A stretch of 64,000 nucleotides of DNA, taken from the IMG/VR virus record IMGVR_UViG_3300025684_000756. One strand, 5' to 3'. The stretch comes from an uncultured virus (IMG/VR IMGVR_UViG_3300025684_000756) (taxonomy: Duplodnaviria > Heunggongvirae > Uroviricota > Caudoviricetes). Numbering within the stretch: the first letter of the stretch is position 1; each line of letters starts with the position of its first letter. The position numbers and the translations under genes are program-made. The notes below the pieces were generated by a model that was not told the origin of the DNA, ran no database searches, and saw nothing but the letters and a program-made list of their open reading frames with translations. Below are positions 56,795 to 64,000 of this stretch, piece after piece.

Positions 56795-57103
56795 GTGTCA
56801 GATATCGTTACTAATGAAGTTCTCGAAGCGGCAATTGAAGAAGTTGCCAAAGGTGAAACATTTAAATTTGTTGGTTTTGCTACCAGTAAAAAGGGTCGAG
56901 GTAAACTTCGTTTCTCAAATGACAAGAGGCGTACACGAACTTTGGTCCGTAATGGTTTTACTGACGTTAAGTTTATTGAACTTCCTTATGCAATGAACAA
57001 AGAAGAAATTCTTGCTAGTTCATTTGTTGATATGGTTACCCCTGTAGTTGTAATTGAAAATATTTCAGAAAATATGCAAAAAGAGGTTGACCTTTCTGCA
57101 TAA
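56795..57103 (+). CDS. Hypothetical early protein
   Basis: GTG start after AAGGAG. Confidence 0.6.
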   Translation: MSDIVTNEVLEAAIEEVAKGETFKFVGFATSKKGRGKLRFSNDKRRTRTLVRNGFTDVKFIELPYAMNKEEILASSFVDMVTPVVVIENISENMQKEVDLSA

Positions 57104-57115
57104 GGTGTGTATAGT
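57087..57115 (+). promoter_or_regulatory. Early promoter
   Basis: AGG-TTGACC-17nt-TATAGT. Confidence 0.8.
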
Positions 57116-57155
57116 AGTAACATAATTAAAATTAACCCATATAAGGAGCCACATA

Positions 57156-58265
57156 ATGGGACAAGCAGAAACTAAAGTAAATGAGCCAAACACTCTAAAA
57201 ATTAGCGAGTGTAAGCCAATTATCCGTAAAGCAGTTAACAAGAAACGTCCTGTGTTTATTTGGGGACCTCCAGGTTCTGGTAAATCGGATATGGTTGATC
57301 AAGTTGCAAATGAATTTGATAACAGTCTTGTTATTGATATGAGAATGGCACTTATGGACCCTACAGATATTAAAGGTGTTCCATATTACTCCGCTAACGA
57401 TAATACTATGAAATGGGCACCTCCAGCAGAATTGCCTAATGCAGAAACTGCTAAAGAATATGAAATTATTTTTCTTTTCTTAGACGAGCTTAATAGTGCT
57501 CCTCCAGCAGTACAAGCCGCGGCTTATCAATTGGTGCTTAATCGTAAAGTTGGATCTTATCACTTGCCAGATAATGTTGTAATTATTGCCGCAGGTAATA
57601 GACTTGGTGATAAAGGTGTTACTTATAGGATGCCTAGTCCATTAGCAAATAGATTCTTGCATATTGAGTTGAGAGTCGACTTTGATGATTGGGAGATGTG
57701 GGCAATAGAAAATGCTATCCATCCTCAGGTTGTTGGTTACTTGAAACAGTTTAAAGGTGACCTTTTTAACTTTGATCCTACAATGCACGACAGAGCTTTT
57801 GCTACTCCTCGTACCTGGGCTTTTGTATCTGATATGATTGACGACGATATGTCAGAAAGTGCTAATACTGATATGGTGTCAGGTCTTGTAAGCGAAGGCA
57901 TTGCAATTAAATTTATGTCTCACCGTAAGCATGCCGCAGATCTTCCAGATCCAGCAGATGTGCTAAGTGGTAAGGTTACTAAGTTTGATTCTAAAGAAGT
58001 ATCGGCTACATATGCATTGGTTGTTTCATTGTGTTACGAACTTAGAACAAAGTATCAAGATGCTAAACGTTCTGGTAAAAACGAGGACTTTAATAAATCC
58101 GCTGATAATTGGTTAGGTTTTTGTATGGAAAACTTTGAACCCGAAATGGTTATCATGGGTGCTCATACTGTTCTTAAAAATTATAAGGTGATTTTTGATC
58201 GTAAGAAAATGACAAACTTCCCGGAATTCTTTAAACGTTATGCAAACTTGCTAACAGATGACTAA
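57156..58265 (+). CDS. MoxR-type AAA+ ATPase
   Basis: GPPGSGKS, LFLDE, AAGN, LANRF, TPRTW. Confidence 0.9.
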   Translation: MGQAETKVNEPNTLKISECKPIIRKAVNKKRPVFIWGPPGSGKSDMVDQVANEFDNSLVIDMRMALMDPTDIKGVPYYSANDNTMKWAPPAELPNAETAKEYEIIFLFLDELNSAPPAVQAAAYQLVLNRKVGSYHLPDNVVIIAAGNRLGDKGVTYRMPSPLANRFLHIELRVDFDDWEMWAIENAIHPQVVGYLKQFKGDLFNFDPTMHDRAFATPRTWAFVSDMIDDDMSESANTDMVSGLVSEGIAIKFMSHRKHAADLPDPADVLSGKVTKFDSKEVSATYALVVSLCYELRTKYQDAKRSGKNEDFNKSADNWLGFCMENFEPEMVIMGAHTVLKNYKVIFDRKKMTNFPEFFKRYANLLTDD

Positions 58266-58584
58266 AAGAATTCGAGACTGGGCTATAAGCGATAAGTTAT
58301 ATGGCCCAGATGCTCGAACAATATGGCAGGACCAGCCTCCACAATCTTCGGAAGTTAGCGAGTGGCTCCGCGAACAACGAATTGGCTGGTCCTGCCGCTC
58401 TACTGAGCTAATACCCAGATGGCGGTTAAAGCAGTGGTGCAAAGATAACAATTTAAAACAATTAGACTATGATTATACTAAACATGAAATTTGGTTTAGG
58501 AAAGATGAGGATGCTATGCTATGGGATCTATCTAAACCAGATCAAATACAGACACAACCGGACAACCTTTTAAAAATGATTTAG
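58258..58584 (+). CDS. Small phage hypothetical protein
   Basis: WC...WFR.DEDA.LW.L. Confidence 0.55.
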   Translation: MTKRIRDWAISDKLYGPDARTIWQDQPPQSSEVSEWLREQRIGWSCRSTELIPRWRLKQWCKDNNLKQLDYDYTKHEIWFRKDEDAMLWDLSKPDQIQTQPDNLLKMI

Positions 58585-58594
58585 ATGGTGTTAA

Positions 58595-58816
58595 ATGAAA
58601 CAGTCATACGTTATAATTACTAGCCTAAAAGAAGGTGTACACCTTAAGTCTAGTGAAGATAAAAATAAAGAATTAAAATCTCTAGGATTTGATGTAGAGG
58701 TTGATATGCGGATAGGCTTGAAGTATACCCTAGAATGTAAACCAGACGAAGTTGAAACAATAGCCAAATCATTAATAAGTCCAACAATGGAAGACTACCT
58801 TATAATAAAAGGTTGA
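58595..58816 (+). CDS. PurS-like protein
   Basis: LK.GV...L.SLGF.V..MRIG..Y.L...L..P..EDY. Confidence 0.6.
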   Translation: MKQSYVIITSLKEGVHLKSSEDKNKELKSLGFDVEVDMRIGLKYTLECKPDEVETIAKSLISPTMEDYLIIKG

Positions 58817-58841
58817 CCTTTGGTCCTATTTGTCGTATAGT
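58813..58841 (+). promoter_or_regulatory. Early promoter
   Basis: AAAAGG-TTGACC-17nt-TATAGT. Confidence 0.8.
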
Positions 58842-58876
58842 GTATACATAATAAAAATAATAATACGGAGAGCCAC

Positions 58877-59482
58877 ATGTTTAAGAAAATAGTAATATTA
58901 TTAGCAGTTTTGTTTGCAGTTATGATAACAATAACTATTGCAGAAGCAAAGCCTAACTTTGAAAAAGAGTCTAATAAAGAACAAGCAATCAAGTCTATGC
59001 AAAAAGGCGGAATGATTGTATTTGTAAGACACACATATGCTCCTAAAGTAGAAGGTAATATGACTAAAGGTTACGATGGTAAAAAGCCATGCGAACAACA
59101 AAGAAATTTACTTTCAGAAGGCAAAAAGCAGGCAGAAGATCTTGGTAATTTTATAAGAGAAAACAACATTGGAATTGAAAAAGCATATGCAAGTCCTATT
59201 TGTAGATGTTGGGAAACTGCTGAAATTGCAGGAATAGAGTTTGAGAAGAATAACCTGTTCCAGGCAATGAATTGGAAGAAAGATCAAAAAGTAAAACAGA
59301 TGAGAGATATAATTAAATCCTGGAACGGTAAAGGAAACTTGTTTGTTTTTACACATTTCAAAGTAATGGAATCTGTGTTTTCAGGCTTTAAGGCAGACAA
59401 TGGACAGATGCTTGTAGTAAATAACAACTTAAAGCAAGTTGGAGTAATTAATATTCCATACAATTTTAACAACATAAAGTAA
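58877..59482 (+). CDS. Exported histidine phosphatase superfamily protein
   Basis: Signal peptide; VRH, R.L..EG..QA, SP..RC.ETA, TH. Confidence 0.82.
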   Translation: MFKKIVILLAVLFAVMITITIAEAKPNFEKESNKEQAIKSMQKGGMIVFVRHTYAPKVEGNMTKGYDGKKPCEQQRNLLSEGKKQAEDLGNFIRENNIGIEKAYASPICRCWETAEIAGIEFEKNNLFQAMNWKKDQKVKQMRDIIKSWNGKGNLFVFTHFKVMESVFSGFKADNGQMLVVNNNLKQVGVINIPYNFNNIK

Positions 59483-59490
59483 AAAACAGG

Positions 59491-59519
59491 TTGACCTTAG
59501 GGCCAACATATGCTATATT
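59491..59519 (+). promoter_or_regulatory. Early promoter
   Basis: AGG-TTGACC-17nt-TATATT, TG extension. Confidence 0.8.
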
Positions 59520-59548
59520 ATAAGAACAATAAGGAAATGGAGCCACAC

Positions 59549-60748
59549 ATGACCCAAGATATCGCAGAAAAAGCAAAAGAAAAATTAATCAAAGCAAGAA
59601 TTACTATGCTTCTAAAGTATCCTTTCTGGGGTCCTTTGAGTGCTAGACTAGTACTAGAAGAAGCACCTTGGTGTCAAACTATTGCTACTGATGGTCGTAA
59701 GTTTTATTATAACTCAGAGTTTGTATTAAAACTAGATGATCAAGAATGTGTATTTGGGTTTGCACATGAAGTTGGGCATATCATTTACGAACATATGACA
59801 AGACGTGGTAATAGAGATCCAGGACTATGGAATATGGCTGGTGACTATATTATCAATAATATGCTTGTTCGAGAAAATGTAGGTCGTACAATTACTACTG
59901 TTCCTATACTAGTTGACCGTCAATATGAAAATCATACTGCTGATGAAGTATATGATAAACTGTTTGATAATAATGCTGAAGTGCAACAAACACTTGACGA
60001 TCATTTAGACCTAGATGGTGAGGGTGATGAGCAACAAGGACAAGGTGGTAACAGTAGTGCCGGAAAGCCTAAGTTTAAAAAACTTTCTTCAGAAGAAAAG
60101 AAAGCTCTAAGAAACGAGTGGAAAGAAGCAGTAATTGATGCAGTTAATAAGGCAGGTGCTAGTAATGTACCTGGCGAAGTTAAACGTCTTGTTAAACAGA
60201 TTACTGAGCCAGTATTAGATCTCCGTGAGCTTTTTCAAATTCAGTTTAGTAGTTCGTTAAAGTCTGATTACACTTGGATGCGACCTAACAGAAAAGGTTG
60301 GCATACTGGTGCAGTACTTCCGGGTAATCTTCCAGGAGAACAGTTAGATGTTGTTATTGCACTCGATGCCTCAGGTAGTATTTGGGATAGCACACTATCA
60401 GACTTCTTAGGTATTGTACAAGGATCATTGGATCAGTTTGATGCTTATAATGTTAAAGTTATTACGTTTGATACCAGTGTGTACAACGAAGATAATTTTA
60501 CACAAGATGATGGACGTGATATGTCCGAGTATGCAATACAAGGTGGTGGCGGAACAGACTTTGACTGTATCTGGGAGTGGCTTAAATATAATGACGTTAC
60601 ACCGCATCAATTAGTAGTACTTACTGATGGTTACCCTTGGGGATCTTGGGGAGATGAAAATTACTGTGATACATTATTTGTAATTCACGGTAATGAGGAA
60701 ATTAAAGCACCATTTGGTATTACTGCTAATTATATGCCAAAGAAATAA
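59549..60748 (+). CDS. Metallopeptidase (HExxH) + VWA domain protein (DUF2201-like), MoxR partner
   Basis: T.ATDG, HEVGH, WN.A.D..IN; DASGS, GGGTDF, LTDG. Confidence 0.88.
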   Translation: MTQDIAEKAKEKLIKARITMLLKYPFWGPLSARLVLEEAPWCQTIATDGRKFYYNSEFVLKLDDQECVFGFAHEVGHIIYEHMTRRGNRDPGLWNMAGDYIINNMLVRENVGRTITTVPILVDRQYENHTADEVYDKLFDNNAEVQQTLDDHLDLDGEGDEQQGQGGNSSAGKPKFKKLSSEEKKALRNEWKEAVIDAVNKAGASNVPGEVKRLVKQITEPVLDLRELFQIQFSSSLKSDYTWMRPNRKGWHTGAVLPGNLPGEQLDVVIALDASGSIWDSTLSDFLGIVQGSLDQFDAYNVKVITFDTSVYNEDNFTQDDGRDMSEYAIQGGGGTDFDCIWEWLKYNDVTPHQLVVLTDGYPWGSWGDENYCDTLFVIHGNEEIKAPFGITANYMPKK

Positions 60749-60765
60749 TAACAGGAGAGGATTTA

Positions 60766-61731
60766 ATGGATCAGTTAACAGTTTGGATGGCACTCGGCTT
60801 TCTATTTGCAGGCTATTCAGTTATAGCAAACGATTCAGTACAAACACTAGGTACTTGGATAGCAAGTAACAATCAAAGATTTAAATGGACAACAATGTGG
60901 GCCGCCGCTTCGGCGGTTTTACTATGGTGTCTTTGGTATGGCTGGTATACTAATGGAGGAGATATTAGTTACGGTAGACTTACAAAGATACCATTCCAAG
61001 AAATAAAATGGTATCATGCAGGTGCACCATTAGTATTATTATTGTTAACAAGGATAGGTGTACCAGTTAGTACATCTTTTTTAGTTTTAAGTGCCTTTGC
61101 AAGTACATTTGTATTAGAGAAAATGCTTGTAAAGTCAATTATGGGATATGCAGTAGCAGGAGTATTTGCTTATTGTTTATGGATACTAATTGCACGTTGG
61201 CTAGATGAGAAGAATGATCCTGTAAAGGAAGAACGTAAAAAGTATTGGCGAGCAGGACAATGGGTAACTACAGGCTTTTTATGGTTCACATGGTTAAGTC
61301 ATGATGTTGCCAACATAGCAGTATTCTTACCAAGACAAGTTCCTTGGGATATGATGATAGGTGTAAGTTTAGTATTTGTACTAGGCTTAGGATTTATGTT
61401 TCGTGAAGGCGGAGGTAGGATACAACAAATTGTATTGGAAAAGCAACATACTAGATATGTAAGAAGTGCATGTATAATTGATGGTGCATATTTCCTTTGT
61501 TTGTACTTCTTTAAAGAACTAAACAACATACCAATGTCAACTACATGGGTATTCGTTGGACTACTATGTGGTAGAGAACTAGCAATCAGTACAATGAGTA
61601 ACGGATCATACAGATTAAAGAATGTGTTTCCTATTGTAGGGAAAGACTTTATGAAAATGATGATAGGATTAGGTGCAAGTTTAGGTATTGTATTAACAAT
61701 ACATTACATATTAGTACCAAACGGATTCTAA
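60766..61731 (+). CDS. PiT-like inorganic phosphate transporter
   Basis: Multi-TM; duplicated ANDS..PVSTS / HDVAN..PMSTT signatures. Confidence 0.6.
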   Translation: MDQLTVWMALGFLFAGYSVIANDSVQTLGTWIASNNQRFKWTTMWAAASAVLLWCLWYGWYTNGGDISYGRLTKIPFQEIKWYHAGAPLVLLLLTRIGVPVSTSFLVLSAFASTFVLEKMLVKSIMGYAVAGVFAYCLWILIARWLDEKNDPVKEERKKYWRAGQWVTTGFLWFTWLSHDVANIAVFLPRQVPWDMMIGVSLVFVLGLGFMFREGGGRIQQIVLEKQHTRYVRSACIIDGAYFLCLYFFKELNNIPMSTTWVFVGLLCGRELAISTMSNGSYRLKNVFPIVGKDFMKMMIGLGASLGIVLTIHYILVPNGF

Positions 61732-61761
61732 TACGGTTACACACCCTATTCAAAATGGCTA

Positions 61762-61797
61762 TAAGTATCAGTGAGCAAATAGAACTTGTTCACTGAT
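61762..61797 (+). promoter_or_regulatory. Late promoter plus 12-bp hairpin
   Basis: TAAGTA 61762-61767; ATCAGTGAGCAA-7nt-TTGTTCACTGAT. Confidence 0.5.
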
Positions 61798-61820
61798 TTA
61801 ATTTTATGGAGAATATTAAA

Positions 61821-62129
61821 ATGGCTGAAGAAACAAATCAAGCACCCGCTTCAACAGATGAAGCACCTGCTTTACCTAAAACTGGTCTTAACTTAGAAGA
61901 TCTAAAAGTGGTGTGTGGTGCGATTGAGATTGGTGCTAATAGAGGCGCTTATCGTCCAAACGAATTTAGGGTAATTGGAGAAGTATGGGAAAGAGTTACC
62001 GGCTTTATTAAAGCAACAGAACCAAAAGTTGCTGAAGCAGTAGAAAAAGCACAAGAAGGTGAAGTGAATGTTGAACCTGTTAATGCTGAGCCTGTTGCGG
62101 AAGTTACCGAAGATAACACAGGAAGCTAG
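61821..62129 (+). CDS. Phage hypothetical protein
   Basis: L...DL......I.....RGA....E...G pattern; SD GGAG. Confidence 0.6.
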   Translation: MAEETNQAPASTDEAPALPKTGLNLEDLKVVCGAIEIGANRGAYRPNEFRVIGEVWERVTGFIKATEPKVAEAVEKAQEGEVNVEPVNAEPVAEVTEDNTGS

Positions 62130-62138
62130 GAGTATATT

Positions 62139-62795
62139 ATGGCTAGATTTATTAAACACGTTGGGCAAGATGGAAAAGGTGCTCCAGTAGTAGTTGTATT
62201 CCGTGAGGTTCCAAATGATTCTGAAAACTGTTTGATTGTTAGAACAACAGACTTACCAGAATTACATCAAGCAGATCTTATTAAAGCAGTTGAAAGTGTT
62301 TCTGGACAAGATGCTAATGACATTGGCGACTTTTTACATAGACAAAAGTTTAACGATGGCACAGACATGTTATCAACAATTCATGCTAAAGGATGGTTAA
62401 CTAAAGTTCCTACTAAGCATATTGTTATGGTACCATCACCGGGTAATAAAATTAACTTAGAAGATTTAAACAAAGAACTAAAATTAATTAATCGTCCAAA
62501 ACCAGGTATCCCAGGCAAAGGTGGAGTAGCTACACGTTCAGGCGATATTGCAAATGATGCGAGCTCTGGAGGATCTCCAGGAGTGTTAGATGATAACGCT
62601 ATTGCCGCTAAACTTAGAAGTCAAGCAACAACTTTTGAAGCAGAAGCTAAACGTTTAAGAGCAGAAGCAGAAGAGTTAATTCCGTCTACTAGTACACCAT
62701 CTTTATCTACAGTTGATATTGTCAACGAGGTTGCAGAAGCTAGTGCAACACCAAAGAGACGAGGCAGGCCAAAGAAGGCTTCAGTAGAGGCCTAA
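62139..62795 (+). CDS. Hypothetical protein with C-terminal AT-hook
   Basis: PKRRGRPKK. Confidence 0.65.
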   Translation: MARFIKHVGQDGKGAPVVVVFREVPNDSENCLIVRTTDLPELHQADLIKAVESVSGQDANDIGDFLHRQKFNDGTDMLSTIHAKGWLTKVPTKHIVMVPSPGNKINLEDLNKELKLINRPKPGIPGKGGVATRSGDIANDASSGGSPGVLDDNAIAAKLRSQATTFEAEAKRLRAEAEELIPSTSTPSLSTVDIVNEVAEASATPKRRGRPKKASVEA

Positions 62796-62824
62796 TTTAA
62801 TTAGATCGATAAAGAAGAATATAG

Positions 62825-63127
62825 ATGAGTATTCGTAAGAAAGATCGTAGCTTTGAAGAAATGTTACGAGAGATACAGGTAGATAATGTGCCTGTTGAAT
62901 ATATAGATTACATTCGTGTTTATCTAGATGATGGATCTCAAATTGTCTTCAGGCAAAACGAATTAACTGGAATCAAAGATAGCAGTGATATCTTAGAAAT
63001 TAAACAGTTACAGGAATGTTTGGACCGTATTGTTGACTTTGAAGTTATGATGAATTCAGACTTAGTTAAAACTAAAGTAACTAGATTCGTAGGAGCTTTA
63101 TTAGCCACACATTTTTCGGAGAAGTAG
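62825..63127 (+). CDS. Hypothetical protein
   Basis: 100-aa ORF in operon. Confidence 0.6.
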   Translation: MSIRKKDRSFEEMLREIQVDNVPVEYIDYIRVYLDDGSQIVFRQNELTGIKDSSDILEIKQLQECLDRIVDFEVMMNSDLVKTKVTRFVGALLATHFSEK

Positions 63128-63130
63128 TAT

Positions 63131-63763
63131 ATGGATTTTGTTTTTATTAATCCAAGTGAAATTGCAACTAGATTCTTTCAAGTGTTTGAAAGATCACTTA
63201 CTATTGGCGTAAAGCTAACAGACGAGTTTATTCCCCAATATGATCCTGCCGAAGTTGGTCAGCTACCATTACTTGACTTTGGATTTCAAGGTTCATTTGA
63301 TACAATAGCATGGGATAAGCCAGGTGTTGCATTACAGAAGATGCACAAGTTTAAAGAATTTGATTTAAATGAATATCAAGATAATGAAGTCCCAGATGGT
63401 GTTATCTTAATTGATATGATCTGCCATCAAAGAGTATATGCTGTAACTAGTCAATGGTTAAGAGAAGATAGTAGATGGATTATGCAACGTAATGCCGATA
63501 TCAACAATGATAAACATGGTTATAAGGCTTTGGCTATCGAAGAGATAGAAAAAAGAAGATTATACGGAACAATACAAACTTACATTTATCCAGATAAATC
63601 AGTTAAATTTAAACTACACCCAATTGATATGGCATATATCACAAGTAAAGAAATAGTTAATAGACATTGGATTACTATCTACCCATCCTTAGTTGCTAAT
63701 AGAAATAGACCCGAAGTTACTAATTATTTGTTTAATGCTTGGATAGATAAAACATCTATTTAG
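63131..63763 (+). CDS. Hypothetical protein
   Basis: 210-aa ORF. Confidence 0.55.
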   Translation: MDFVFINPSEIATRFFQVFERSLTIGVKLTDEFIPQYDPAEVGQLPLLDFGFQGSFDTIAWDKPGVALQKMHKFKEFDLNEYQDNEVPDGVILIDMICHQRVYAVTSQWLREDSRWIMQRNADINNDKHGYKALAIEEIEKRRLYGTIQTYIYPDKSVKFKLHPIDMAYITSKEIVNRHWITIYPSLVANRNRPEVTNYLFNAWIDKTSI

Positions 63764-64000
63764 AGTATGCCCTGTAACTACCAAATAATAAATCCCAAAT
63801 AGGAACAAATAATCCATAGTTTCTATAAGGCTCTGCATGATGTACTAAATGCCATTTTCCAGATGTAATTGCTGGATACCAACTAAATTTAGGATTGTGT
63901 TCAATTACTTCTTGTAAGAAAGCGGCCCAAAAATAGTATGCAATACTAACCCACCATTCTCCGGTTATATAACTAAAGATTAAAGTAGGAACAACTTCTG
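63756..64000 (-). CDS. Partial fatty acid hydroxylase/sterol desaturase family protein (C-terminus)
   Basis: Own translation: ...EHN...HLVHH...NYGL...WD.LFGS*. Confidence 0.8.
   Translation of the reverse strand, partial: EVVPTLIFSYITGEWWVSIAYYFWAAFLQEVIEHNPKFSWYPAITSGKWHLVHHAEPYRNYGLFVPIWDLLFGSYRAYSK

Noticed and set aside
8202..62168. Numerous 60-160 aa antisense or alternate-frame ORFs inside long genes (e.g. 8202-8693, 16603-17019, 17053-17481, 56201-56614)
   Set aside because: Shadow ORFs of well-supported genes; no SD, promoter or motif support.
1..64000. tRNA genes, rRNA, CRISPR arrays, IS elements, stop-codon reassignment
   Set aside because: No cloverleaf/T-loop signatures, spaced direct repeats or transposases recognised by eye; genes read intact in the standard code. 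tRNAscan-SE and cmscan would be needed to exclude RNAs fully.

Overview
A 64-kb, AT-rich, gene-dense segment of a large T4-like (myovirus-type) dsDNA phage. The auxiliary gene set suggests a marine bacterial host (inference). It has a core replication block: family-B DNA polymerase, probable sliding clamp, RNase H/5'-3' exonuclease and DsbA/GapR-like protein. That block sits next to a 7-deazaguanine-type modification cluster (TGT/DpdA-like, QueD-like, FolE, QueE) interleaved with a glycosyltransferase, GalE-like epimerase, cupin, cytidylyltransferase and purine PRTase; no QueC is visible. Also present: (1) a late-gene block of probable capsid-packaged proteins/polyproteins with repeated (I/L/V)-x-E protease-type junctions (HAD, GNAT, ParB-like, NTase-like, PD-(D/E)XK, YodL-like domains); (2) many modification enzymes (3 SPASM/twitch radical SAMs, 4 sulfotransferase-like, 4 2OG-Fe(II)-like, UDP-sugar dehydrogenase); (3) a GH19 endolysin; (4) auxiliary genes (uvsE, tctBA, pyrB, guaC, purS-like, fdxA, PiT-like transporter); (5) a MoxR/VWA pair. 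Non-coding signals read from the sequence: a glutamine-I (glnA-motif) riboswitch on the minus strand ahead of an unannotated 37-aa basic peptide, about 13 sigma70-type promoters, and TAA(A/G)TA late promoters that often lie 4-5 nt before an ATG (leaderless mRNAs). All protein calls come from motif recognition by eye, not database searches. No tRNA, rRNA or CRISPR array was recognised.
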